DNA of 64,000 bases, taken from an uncultured Nitrososphaerales archaeon. GTDB taxonomy: Archaea; Thermoproteota; Nitrososphaeria; Nitrososphaerales; Gagatemarchaeaceae. The stretch covers positions 1,344,001-1,408,000 of the forward strand of contig OY970160.1 in assembly GCA_963706445.1 (NCBI GenBank), in the 5' to 3' direction. This document shows, one piece after another, positions 45,730 through 55,108 of the stretch (position 1 is its first letter; each line of letters starts with the position of its first letter). A program made the translations under genes and the position numbers. The notes under the pieces were generated by a model. That model worked only from the letters and a program-made list of their open reading frames with translations. It had not been told where the DNA came from and did no database searches.

Positions 45730-45942
45730 GAATTGCGTGTGTATATTACGCGCCCCCCATTCGCCGGCGTATTCTCGGCTACGTAGTGGCAGAATAGGTC
45801 CAAAATGGGAGAATGAATGACCAGAGACGTCAAAATGCGGTGCCCAAGATTGGAACTTGTGGCACTCGCTATTGCGGGTTTGTAGTAACTTCGTTCGGAT
45901 TGAGAACCCTGTCCATGTCACACACCACCCCACCAGAATTGC
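45723..45942 (+). repeat. 14-bp direct repeat CCCACCAGAATTGC (45723-45736 and 45929-45942) overlapping the tRNA 3' end
   Basis: Exact 14-bp match 206 bp apart, extending to 16/17. Confidence 0.7.
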
Positions 45943-46010
45943 ATGGTCTGCTCCCTAAGGTTAATCTGGTTTGGTTTCGGCATCATTGGACATTGAGCGG
46001 TGAAGCCGCT

Positions 46011-47009
46011 GTGCCTGGGAAGGAGGAATGGCCACATCCCTACTGGTTCAGGGTCGTCGAGGTCATCGTCGGGATCCTGACCATCGTGGTCGCAGGCATC
46101 GTCATCGCAAGCCCGTACATTGGCGCGCAGAACCTGGTCCCACTCGTCTCCCTGGCCCTGATCTTCAGCGCCGTGAGGATGATCGCGGTAGGGGGGGTAA
46201 AGCAGAGGCTGAGGAGCTTCGAGGGGCTTGGACTAGTGGGGACAGGGGCCATTGCTCTGATTCTCGTCATAGCCGTCGAGGTCGTCCCCGGCCTCAGCCT
46301 GCAGACTCTGGTCTTCCTGCTCGCGGTCAGCCTTTCCGTCCAGGGGCTCGGCAGGATGCTTTATTCAGCTGGGCGCAGAACACCCAATTGGCTTCGGGAC
46401 TCCACACTTGCAGCCGGAATCGCTATGGTGCTCCTGGCGGCCGTTGTCGAGTTCGTGAAGGGGGTAGCCCTCCTGACTCTTGTCGAACTCCTCGCGCTGA
46501 CAGTCCTCGTAGGCGGCGCGGAAGCCGTCCTCGCTGGGCTGGGGCCGACCAATAAGAGACAGCAGACCCTCCTCAAGTTGATTCTGTTTGCGGCCTTCTA
46601 CGGCATCGTCTTCGTCAATTGGATCGACCTGTTCAATGGTGGGGCCTACATCTACGTCGTCCCCGGCTACCACATCTGGGTGATCATGGCCTACCTGATT
46701 CCCTTCGGAGTCCTTTTGGTGACCCAGGGACGGAAGGATTGGGAGCTGGCCCTGTCTCTCGGCTTGATTGCTTCGCTGGGGAACGACCTAGGCTATTTTG
46801 TGGTCGGAGACGCCTTCTTTGGTTTTCATGTGAACCTGCTCGACTGGTACGCCCACCAGCTTGGGTTCTACGGGACCACGACTCTGTTCGTCTTCAATGG
46901 AGGGCTCTTCTCATTCAGCGTCCCGTCGTGGCTCATGGGAGCGGCAATCTACGCCAGGATAGCAGTGGTGCTGCTGACCCTTCGCCGGTGGTGGAACAAG
47001 AAATTCTAG
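46011..47009 (+). CDS. Polytopic membrane protein with HdeD/DUF308-like N-terminal repeats
   Basis: Two repeats of a W.R...G...L.A hairpin pattern plus a C-terminal TM domain (NWIDL, SLGNDLGY). Start placed at GTG 46011 or TTG 45993. Confidence 0.7.
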   Translation: MPGKEEWPHPYWFRVVEVIVGILTIVVAGIVIASPYIGAQNLVPLVSLALIFSAVRMIAVGGVKQRLRSFEGLGLVGTGAIALILVIAVEVVPGLSLQTLVFLLAVSLSVQGLGRMLYSAGRRTPNWLRDSTLAAGIAMVLLAAVVEFVKGVALLTLVELLALTVLVGGAEAVLAGLGPTNKRQQTLLKLILFAAFYGIVFVNWIDLFNGGAYIYVVPGYHIWVIMAYLIPFGVLLVTQGRKDWELALSLGLIASLGNDLGYFVVGDAFFGFHVNLLDWYAHQLGFYGTTTLFVFNGGLFSFSVPSWLMGAAIYARIAVVLLTLRRWWNKKF

Positions 47010-47096
47010 GTCTAGAAGGGAACTGCCGCAGCCTGCGGCTCCCTCGACTTGTTCGGGGATGACCTGCTGCGACCCCAAAGCCTCCGGAAAATCCGC

Positions 47097-47540
47097 CTAG
47101 CGCTTCTGAGCGACCTGGTCGGGGAACCGGCTCAAGTGCTCGTGGGCAACTCGCCATCCTTTGGCCGTCCTTCCTAGGACCATGGTGACCCGGGTCTTGG
47201 ACTTAACGGGAGACCCTTCGAAGGAGTAGTCATTGACGAACATCCCAGAGTAGGTCAGGTAGAAGGTCGCGATGGCAACATCTCCGAATAGGTCTATTCG
47301 AAGCTCGTCGATGGAGTAGTTGTAGTCCGAGATGTTGGCGAACGCCGCCTGCTCGTAGACGAAAGCCTCTTCAGAGTTCTGCCGCGTGTATGGAGGGTTC
47401 TCATCGAACTTCGTGAACTGATCCCTTGGCCCGTGGAAGTTGGCGAGGGCTGCCAGGTCCTTGCTCTTGCCGGCGTCGAAGAAGGCCCGGATTAGAGCCT
47501 CGACGTCATTTCTGTCCTTGTCCGAAGGGCGGAGGTCCAT
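47097..47540 (-). CDS. SnoaL/NTF2-like protein
   Basis: LRIDLFGDVAIATF, RVTMVL...GWRVAHEHLS. Confidence 0.85.
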   Translation of the reverse strand: MDLRPSDKDRNDVEALIRAFFDAGKSKDLAALANFHGPRDQFTKFDENPPYTRQNSEEAFVYEQAAFANISDYNYSIDELRIDLFGDVAIATFYLTYSGMFVNDYSFEGSPVKSKTRVTMVLGRTAKGWRVAHEHLSRFPDQVAQKR

Positions 47541-47609
47541 CTAGTATAGCCGACCCTTGAGAGGGATTAAACAACGTTTTTGAGCGCAACTCTTTGCCCA
47601 CGGAATCGC

Positions 47610-47705
47610 GGCGACGTAGCTCAGAAGTCGAGAAACGGCTGGGCAGCGTGGTAGAGCAATTGGCTGTTAACCAATTGGTCGTCGGTTCGAGTCCGACCGT
47701 CGCCG
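47610..47705 (+). tRNA. tRNA-Asn(GTT) with a 22-nt D-loop intron (47625-47646, position 15/16)
   Basis: GGCGACG/CGTCGCC acceptor, ATTGG-CTGTTAA-CCAAT anticodon arm, GTCGG-TTCGAGT-CCGAC T arm, followed by a T-run. Confidence 0.92.
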
Positions 47706-47812
47706 CTTTTTCCATACACTCAGAATAGACTCTGTTAGGCGAAACAAGGTTGATTCAGGCCTTTCCTGTGTTGTTCGTCATAGCGCTCCTGCGGTACCGA
47801 TCACTCAAGTTG

Positions 47813-49535
47813 TCAGGGACCCTTCGGTTCCGGAGAAGGACCTGGCAGGTCCTGCCTCACCTTCCCCGGCCACCAGTTGTACTTCTGCGCGATTGCCATT
47901 AGCGAAGGCACGAAGAGGAAGATCACGACCCCAACGTCCACCATTAAGGCTAAGGCTGCGCTCACGCCAATTTCAGCGAGCAGTCCAATCCCGCTGGCAG
48001 CCAAGGAACCGAAGACGCTCGACAGTATCAATCCCAGACCAAGGAGGGTGATCCAAGTCTTGTTCATGGCGGTCTTGATTGCGTCCAAGTCCGATATGCC
48101 GCGCATCGCCTCCTCTCTTATCCTGGTGACTAGGAATATGTCGTAGTCTACGCCCACTCCGAGCATAGTGACGACGACGAAGAGCGGGGCAAGGCTGACC
48201 ACGGGGGTTTGAAGCACGTAGTAGAACAGGATGGAGAGCAACCCGAGTGCGAAGGAGACGCTGCAGAGAATCGTGAAAATCAAACGAACCGGTGTGAAGA
48301 TCGAACGCAGTTGGGCGAATAGTATGAAGAAGACCCCCACGGCGAGAATCAACACGACGAAGGGGAGAACCCCGTTGATGAGATCAAGAGTGTCGACGGC
48401 AGATTGAGTGGACCCACCGAAGTAGACAGTCGTCCCCAGAGGGAGCGGGATGGCCCCTACCGCGGCCTCGATACTTCCCAAGTCGGTGATCGCGGCTGAG
48501 CTTTGCGAAGGCTGAGAGAGGCCGATGGTGAAAAGGGCGGTCCTGTTATCTTTGCCAACCATCGACAACATTCCACCAAGATATTGGGCCTGAACGGGTG
48601 GCGGCAGGGATGCCAAGCCTGTGTAATTGAAAGAAGCACCGTAGGGCCTTGTAGGGCTGCTGATTGTTTCGACACCCGGAGAGGCCGAAATTACTGACGA
48701 GATTGTTTCAATCTGTCTGAGTTGCGTTTGGTTGAACTGGTAGCGGCTGTTTACGATGGGATATGGAAACGTCACCACGACCAAGGTTGGGGCGACCGTC
48801 GAACCGCCGAAGTTGTTAGTGATGACGGTGAGCCCTTGGTTGCTCTCGAAGTTTGGAATCAGTTTCGAAATGTCAATCCCGCTCGGCGTCTGATAGGCGA
48901 CGTAGAAGGATCCCAGGGCCAGCAGGCTGATTACGACTGAAATGGCCACTTTATGCCGCAGGATTTTGTCTGGGACACTCTCCAGTTTTCTCTTCGCTAC
49001 TGAAGGAGGACCCTCGGCGTTCTTGTCTTGTCGGGGCCAGAACAGCCTCTTTCCCACTGTGAGCTGAACCGAGGGCAGTAGAGTGAGGGATGCAGCCAAC
49101 AGGATGGCGACGCCAATCGCTATTGCCTCTCCCACATCGCCGAAGAATGGCACCTTGGTGATTGCAAGGACGATGTAGGCAACGACCACCGTCAACCCTG
49201 CGGTGAGGACCGCCTGGCCCGCCCACCTCACGGATATGCCCACGCTCTCCTGGATGGTCTTGCCTTTGGACAACTCTTCCTTAGTCCTCCTAAGCTGAAG
49301 TACTCCGTAGTCCACAGCGAGACCCAGCATTGTCAGGATCATCAAGAACGGGACGGCGAAGTTGATCTGACCATGCTGAACGCTGACAAACAAGCCATAG
49401 ACTGCGCCTAGCGAGATTCCAATGGCGACCCCTCCTATCAATAGTGGAACAAGAGCTGCGACAGGCGAAAGGAACAAGAGGCCAGCAACGAGCAATGAGA
49501 CCGCGAGGCCAGGAACTATGCTAGTGTCAAGGGGG
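47813..49535 (-). pseudogene. N-terminally truncated MMPL/RND-family transporter fused in frame to an amidohydrolase fragment
   Basis: GLAVDYG, AVLTAGLTV and GVGVDYDIFLVTRIREE MMPL motifs; the first TM helix and first extracytoplasmic domain are absent. Confidence 0.72.
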
Positions 49536-50241
49536 GTCCCGAATAGGATCTTCTCGGCCCCGCCGGCGAAGTAGACTGCTTCGCAGATCTTTCTGGCGAG
49601 CCACCCAGCGAACTTCTGTCGGTAGGCACCCCCTCCTGTGGTGAGACCTGACATGTCGGCGTAGACCTTCGGGTGCTTGTAGATCAGTTCGGCCGCGTCC
49701 TCGAACCATGGATTGCCGAAATGGCAGAGGACGATGGTGAGTTCCGCCCTCTTGTTCGCCAGGCGGTCCAGGGTCAGGGGGTGCGAGCGGACCAAGTCTC
49801 CGCCTTTGGTCGCGGTGTCACCGGTGTGGAAAAGGACCGGGATTCCCTTCTCTTCCGCGAAGTCGTAGGCACCGCTGAACACCGGGTCGTCTGCTGAAGC
49901 GTCGACGTATCCCAGCCTTACCTTGAATGCCTTCACCTCCCCGATGTTTTTGTCAGCGAGTTTCACAGCGGCAGCCACGGCTTTCTTGGTCGGTTCGACA
50001 GTGATGACCGGAGACAGCAGTCCTCGGCTCCTTCGGCAGAGCCTGATGATTTCCTCATTGGGGAGGGGAGTCCCGTCGTTCATGGGTGGGCTGAGCAGGA
50101 GCCCCGTTCGACCTGGTGCTTCCGCATCGAGTCGACAAGTTCGTCCAGAGTGTAGGTCAGGCCGTTCAACTTTGCGAACCCCCGGAGCGCGTCGTCTCGT
50201 CTCTCTGAGAGATGGACGTGCGCGTCGATTATCTTCTGCAC
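49531..50241 (-). pseudogene. Amidohydrolase_2-family gene, frameshifted and C-terminally truncated
   Basis: GTG 50241 gives MQKIIDAHVHLS; a missing G at 50102-50105 shifts into the frame with PVLFHTG, LCHFGNP, YADMSG and KILFGT, which breaks before the catalytic D of GTD. Confidence 0.75.
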
Positions 50242-50337
50242 ACTCGAAGCATGTCTGGATTCTGAATAAGTCTGCTGGTGTTTGGGGCTACAGGCGCTGG
50301 GTCTAATTACCGGGCGCTGGAGCTAGGTATCGAGAGT

Positions 50338-52008
50338 GTGACCGACCCGGATAGCAGGTTCACCCTTTGGGCGTCGTTTTCCAGGGGTTTCAATGCCGGT
50401 TTCATCGTTCTAGTGCTCTGGTTCATAGTTAGGCTCGGGGGGTTGGCGCCCTTCCCTCCTGAGACTGCCCTGGTCTACTTCTTCTCAGTGGTGCCCGCGT
50501 CCATCGAGGAGCCGGCCGTGCAGACGTTGGGAGAGGTCGCAGGCCTCCTAGGACTCTTCGCCGCTATTCTGGCAGCAGCTGGAATCTACGGTCTGCTGTC
50601 GGTTCTCTACGATAGATACTACATTCCAAGGGTAGCCGCGTCCAACTCGCTTTCCAAGCTGGAGAACACCCTGGTCTACTCCCTAGTGCCTTGGGTGATC
50701 TTTGGCGTCTTGGTCCTCCCTCTGACCGGCGCGTACTTCTTCGGCCTAGGGTCGGACTTCGCATCCCCCAGCGTAGTCTGGGTCTTTCCGTTCACTATCC
50801 TAGTCTTCCAGTTGCTCTGGGGCGCCCTGCTTTGGGGGAGGTCCCCCATGCCTTTGGCTCCGACCCCAGCCGTCGGGGCAGGGGATGTCACAGTCGCGGT
50901 CCCGCGCGACCCAGCGAGAAGGACCTTCGTCGAAAGGGCGGTTGTCATAGGAGCCTCTGGGATTCTCGTCCTAGCTAGCCTTGGCTCGGCCTTCGGCGCA
51001 TTTCTGGCGGAGGGAGGGCTACTGGACCTGGGGAGCGAGGCGATACTCCCCGGAACCCCCATCGATACTAGCAACGCACCGGCGATATTCAGCGACCCGC
51101 GTCTCGTCGCTCTGGTGGACTCGGAGGTCACCAATAACGACTCGTTCTATCGGGTGGCTATCGACATCTTCGACCCCAGCGTCGACGTCTCCGCCTGGTC
51201 CCTCGCCCTGACAGGCATGGTGGCCAGCGCGAAGGCATACTCCCTCGCGGGTGTCAAGAACCTGCCGAAGGTCGAGCAGTATGACACATTCATCTGCGTA
51301 AGCGACACGGTCAACGGGAACTTCATCAGCAATGCAAGATGGGGCGGGGTGAGGATCTCCGACTTGCTGGCCGATGCGGGCGGGGCTGCGCCTGGCGCGA
51401 CCTATGTCGTCTTCCACTCTGTTGACGGCTACAGCGTTGGGGTCCCGCTCTCTCGCGCGATGCTCCCCGAAAGCATGCTCGCCTATGAGATGAACGGGGC
51501 TGACCTTCCTCAGAGGCATGGGTACCCCCTGCGGGCGGTGATCCCTGGGCTTTATGGAATGATGAGTGCGAAGTGGGTTCGGCAGGTAGAGTTGACCGAC
51601 GGGACCTACGTGGGGTTCTGGCAGACTAGGGGGTGGTCGAACGACGCCTTGGTGCAGACGGCGTCCTTCATCAGAGTCCCGCAGGACGGGGCGACAGTCA
51701 GTCTTTCGCAGAGTGGTGGCTCGGTCCTCCTAGGAGGGATGGCGTTCGCAGGAGACAGGGGCATATCGAAGGTGGAAGTGAGCGTCGACGGCGGTTCGAC
51801 CTGGCAGCTCGCCACACTCAAACCCCCGGCTTCAGAGCTGACCTGGGTCCTCTGGGCCTTCGAATGGAACCCCCCAAACACAGGGAGCTACGTGGTCTAT
51901 GTCAGGGCCACGGATGGCCAGGCCCAGGTCCAGACGTCCGAACAGGCGGACAGCTTCCCATCGGGCGCTACGGGATACGCGATGTCGTCGGTCAATGTGA
52001 CTTCGTAG
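50338..52008 (+). CDS. Membrane-anchored sulfite oxidase-family molybdopterin oxidoreductase
   Basis: Mo-ligating Cys in FICVS, NARWGGV, LAYEMNG..LP..HGYPLR...PGLYGMMSAKW, C-terminal dimerisation domain; N-terminal TM bundle followed by an RRTF motif. Confidence 0.9.
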   Translation: MTDPDSRFTLWASFSRGFNAGFIVLVLWFIVRLGGLAPFPPETALVYFFSVVPASIEEPAVQTLGEVAGLLGLFAAILAAAGIYGLLSVLYDRYYIPRVAASNSLSKLENTLVYSLVPWVIFGVLVLPLTGAYFFGLGSDFASPSVVWVFPFTILVFQLLWGALLWGRSPMPLAPTPAVGAGDVTVAVPRDPARRTFVERAVVIGASGILVLASLGSAFGAFLAEGGLLDLGSEAILPGTPIDTSNAPAIFSDPRLVALVDSEVTNNDSFYRVAIDIFDPSVDVSAWSLALTGMVASAKAYSLAGVKNLPKVEQYDTFICVSDTVNGNFISNARWGGVRISDLLADAGGAAPGATYVVFHSVDGYSVGVPLSRAMLPESMLAYEMNGADLPQRHGYPLRAVIPGLYGMMSAKWVRQVELTDGTYVGFWQTRGWSNDALVQTASFIRVPQDGATVSLSQSGGSVLLGGMAFAGDRGISKVEVSVDGGSTWQLATLKPPASELTWVLWAFEWNPPNTGSYVVYVRATDGQAQVQTSEQADSFPSGATGYAMSSVNVTS

Positions 52009-52020
52009 GCGCGGCCACTG

Positions 52021-52260
52021 CTACATCGGCTGGGGCGCCTGAGACTGGGCCGCCTTCGACTTCGCAGATCCGACCATAGTGGACCAGGCGATCAGGGCCA
52101 GCCCGATGATTGCGACAACCGCCCCGACGTAGATGTAGGTGCTGTTCCCGCTCATCAAGGAGCTTCCCGTAATCACGTTCGCCCCCTGAAGGGCGAAGAC
52201 GATGCCCGCCAGCAGGAAGAGGATTCCGACCACCAGCAAGGCAAGCTTTCTGGAGTTCAA
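52021..52260 (-). CDS. Small membrane protein (2 TM)
   Basis: GILFLLAGIVFALQG...SSLMSGNSTYIYVG; the start (TTG 52260 or GTG 52284) is uncertain. Confidence 0.65.
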   Translation of the reverse strand: MNSRKLALLVVGILFLLAGIVFALQGANVITGSSLMSGNSTYIYVGAVVAIIGLALIAWSTMVGSAKSKAAQSQAPQPM

Positions 52261-52351
52261 GAAGGAAAGCCTCGTCAGCCTCACAATTAACGATTTTCCA
52301 AGTAGGGAATCGTCTCCGTTGATTAAATAAGCCAAGGGAGGAGCGTGGCCT

Positions 52352-52621
52352 ATGGCGTCCGAAGACATGAAGCAAGGTGGCCCCTGGTACCCGGACTGGG
52401 AGCACAGCAGGCCGTTGGGAGGCATCGTATTGACGATGCTTGCCATCATCGCGTGGCTCGTCTTCATCCTCCTCTTCGCACTATACTGGTCAGGCGGGTT
52501 CGACCTGTTCCAGGACATAGTGGTGGTAATAGTCTCACTTGGAATTACGGGCCTGGTGATAGGGCTAGGCTGGGTCGTCTGGGGCTTCAGGCACATGAAG
52601 AACTGGAAGAGCTCGAGCTAG
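52352..52621 (+). CDS. Small membrane protein (2 TM)
   Basis: 89-aa ORF with TTAAATA upstream; WLVFILLFALYWS..FDLFQD. Confidence 0.7.
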   Translation: MASEDMKQGGPWYPDWEHSRPLGGIVLTMLAIIAWLVFILLFALYWSGGFDLFQDIVVVIVSLGITGLVIGLGWVVWGFRHMKNWKSSS

Positions 52622-52661
52622 GTCAAGAAAATCTTCACGGCGCCCTCCCTTCTCGGGCCGC

Positions 52662-53711
52662 TCACTTGACGTAGAGCGCAGCGAACTTCGTGTAGGCTTC
52701 CTCGTAGTGCATTGGCTTGGGAGGGGACTTGAACCCATAGGCGCTTATTTCGTTCACAGTGCCGAGCCTCCCCACCTTCATGCACCGGTAGGTGGCCCGG
52801 ATTACATCGAGGAGCACGTTGGCTGCGTTCGCCCCGTCGGAGGACCGGAGGTGGATGTCCACAGATATTCCGCTGTCCATGAATGTGGACCCCTCGAACC
52901 AGAAGTAGCTCGTCCTGTCGTTCCCCATGTAGTCTACGTAGTCCGTCGTGCCTGCGATTGTCTCGAACTTGTAAGGGACCTCCGAGGCGACGGTCGTCGT
53001 CTTCACCTCCCGCTTCGCCATCTTGATGCCTTCGTCAATGGTGTTCAGGGTCTCCGACCCGCCGCCGACGTCCAGCTGGTAGCTCTTCGAGACCTTGATC
53101 CCGCGCTTGACCATGAGGCTGAGGAGGCCCTTGTGGAATACTGTCCCTCCGAACTGGCTCATGAGGTCGTCACCTATGAGCGGGAGCTTGGCCTTCTGGA
53201 AGTCAGCGCTCAGCTTGTTGTTCCTGAGGACGAGCGAAGGGGTGCAGTTGATGTAGGCGCACCCCGCCTTCAGGGCAGACCTGGCGTACTCCTCGGAGGA
53301 CGCGGCCGTCCCGGACGAGATCAGGTTCAGCAAAACCTCCGCTCCCGACTCTTCGAGTCGCTTTGCAACGTCGTCGGACCCTGCCTTTGACAGCTTTTCG
53401 TTCCTCAAGTGAGGGGCCGTGTCTCCCTTCGAGATGCCTGGGTCCACCATCACCTTGGTCTTAGGGAGCGAGATGTACCGGTGCGCTACGTTCGGGGGGG
53501 CGAAGGCCGCCTTCGAAAGCTCTAAGCCTACCTTTCTACTGTCGACGTCGAACGCGGCCACGATCTGGAGGTCCTTCGGCTTGAGCCCGGCGACGTTCGG
53601 GTGCCAGAGCCCCCTTCTCTCGTCCCCGGAGTAGAACCTGAGGCCCTGGATGAAGACAGAGGCACAGTTGCCCACACCAACCAGGGCGATCTTGACCGCC
53701 AAGCCTGTCAC
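52662..53711 (-). CDS. ino1: myo-inositol-1-phosphate synthase
   Basis: GVGNCAS, AAFDVD..KVG, INCTP, GDDLMSQFG, YQLDVGG, SAYGFKSPP. Confidence 0.9.
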   Translation of the reverse strand: MTGLAVKIALVGVGNCASVFIQGLRFYSGDERRGLWHPNVAGLKPKDLQIVAAFDVDSRKVGLELSKAAFAPPNVAHRYISLPKTKVMVDPGISKGDTAPHLRNEKLSKAGSDDVAKRLEESGAEVLLNLISSGTAASSEEYARSALKAGCAYINCTPSLVLRNNKLSADFQKAKLPLIGDDLMSQFGGTVFHKGLLSLMVKRGIKVSKSYQLDVGGGSETLNTIDEGIKMAKREVKTTTVASEVPYKFETIAGTTDYVDYMGNDRTSYFWFEGSTFMDSGISVDIHLRSSDGANAANVLLDVIRATYRCMKVGRLGTVNEISAYGFKSPPKPMHYEEAYTKFAALYVK

Positions 53712-53917
53712 TTGAACTTCGCGAATGTCGCGAGGAGGCCCACGCCGGAGAGGAGGAGGCCCAGTCCGTAGTTGACCGTTATGATGATTGGGTCTATTCC
53801 CTGGCCGGTCGCGTTCGAGTACGTGAAATAGACCAGCGCCAGGCCGAAGAGGAGGACCACGACCCCGAGCATCCGCACGAGGGCGTCCACCCTTGACTGC
53901 TGGGCTTCTACGGTCAT
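53708..53917 (-). CDS. Small membrane protein (2 TM)
   Basis: 69-aa hydrophobic ORF overlapping the ino1 start (ATGA). Confidence 0.65.
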   Translation of the reverse strand: MTVEAQQSRVDALVRMLGVVVLLFGLALVYFTYSNATGQGIDPIIITVNYGLGLLLSGVGLLATFAKFK

Positions 53918-53992
53918 GTTGGTTTTCAGGGCAAATGGCGCAGGGTATTTAGCGGTTATTCGCCGTGAGAGGGGCCCGTCGTCGGTGGAGGC

Positions 53993-55108
53993 TCAGGCGC
54001 TCTTCATGAGCTCGAGCTTCTCCGGCAGGTACTTGTCGACGATGTAGCTCAGGCCGTACCTTGCGAAGGCCTCCTGCTCGCTCTTGCGCTTGTATTTCAG
54101 GAAGGTCTCAAGCTCGTCGTGCCACATCTTCTCGGTGTAACGGGGGTCGGCCTTCAGCTCGTAGAGCCTCTTGATGTCGACGTCTGTCAGTTTGTCGGAG
54201 GGGAGTTTGTACTTCTGGATGTCGCTCGCCCAGACCCCCAGCCAGACGGCTTCGGGGGTGGTCAGCTCTCTGAGGTGGGCCGCGTTGGCGGACCCGGACT
54301 TTATGACCATCGCGATGTGCGCTCCCCAGGGGTCGGCGTCACAGAGGATGCCCACGGGGAGCCCGAGTTCCTGGTTCAACCGCCGAATCAGATAGCGCGT
54401 CGACCGCGGGGGCTGGCCCGCGGTGTTGATCAGTATCGCCTTGTATTTCTCGTGGACCCTCTCTTCGGTGAACCGTGTGAATAGGCCGCCCTTCTCGATG
54501 GCGAGGACCATCTCGGCGTCCGTGTCCCTGAACTCCGCGGTCGTGAGCGCCGGCCCGATCATGACCCCGTCCGGGTTGGCCGAGAGGTCGGCGGTCCTTC
54601 CCTCGTAGCCAGGCACCGTGTACTCGATTGTCATGTTCCCAAAGATGGCGCTTCTCTCTTCGGGGTAGATGTTCATCCCCTCCCGGGCCATGGCCATCAG
54701 GACCTCGAGGTCGGTGATCAGTTCGTCCGACTCCGCCTGATCCTGGAACTCGACGTTGAACGCCTGGGCTGAATAGAAGACGTCTCTGAGGGTCGACGTT
54801 CGCTTCTCGTCGACTAGTTTCTTAGCGAAATAGGCCAGCCAGACCAGCTGAGTGAATGGGCGGATGTGCTTGATGTTCCCTGAGGACTTCTTGACGGTGG
54901 TCGCGCCCAGGATGAACTGCTGAAGCTTCTTGTCGTAGACTATGTTCCTCACGGAACGGCTCGCCAGGGTCAGGCTCGGGAAACGGCCGGAGTCCAAGTC
55001 GTTGTAGACGCTTCCTCCAAGGTCCTTCAGGAGGCCCTGGACGACGGCCTGCCTAGTCTCCACCGTACTTGTCGATTGTTTCTTGGTCACTTTCTTCTTG
55101 CTTGGCAT
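53993..55108 (-). CDS. top6A: DNA topoisomerase VI subunit A
   Basis: STLRDVFY (catalytic Tyr), AIEK, CDADPWG TOPRIM motif. Start is ATG 55108 or GTG 55063. Confidence 0.96.
   Translation of the reverse strand: MPSKKKVTKKQSTSTVETRQAVVQGLLKDLGGSVYNDLDSGRFPSLTLASRSVRNIVYDKKLQQFILGATTVKKSSGNIKHIRPFTQLVWLAYFAKKLVDEKRTSTLRDVFYSAQAFNVEFQDQAESDELITDLEVLMAMAREGMNIYPEERSAIFGNMTIEYTVPGYEGRTADLSANPDGVMIGPALTTAEFRDTDAEMVLAIEKGGLFTRFTEERVHEKYKAILINTAGQPPRSTRYLIRRLNQELGLPVGILCDADPWGAHIAMVIKSGSANAAHLRELTTPEAVWLGVWASDIQKYKLPSDKLTDVDIKRLYELKADPRYTEKMWHDELETFLKYKRKSEQEAFARYGLSYIVDKYLPEKLELMKSA

Noticed and set aside
45813-46010. Cys-containing N-terminal extension of the membrane protein ORF
   Set aside because: It runs through the repeat-bounded insert and the likely promoter; no coherent domain.
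49985-50000. GTCGGTTCGA match to the tRNA-Asn T arm as a possible att site
   Set aside because: Only about 10 bp and it lies within amidohydrolase codons (TVEPT); compatible with chance.
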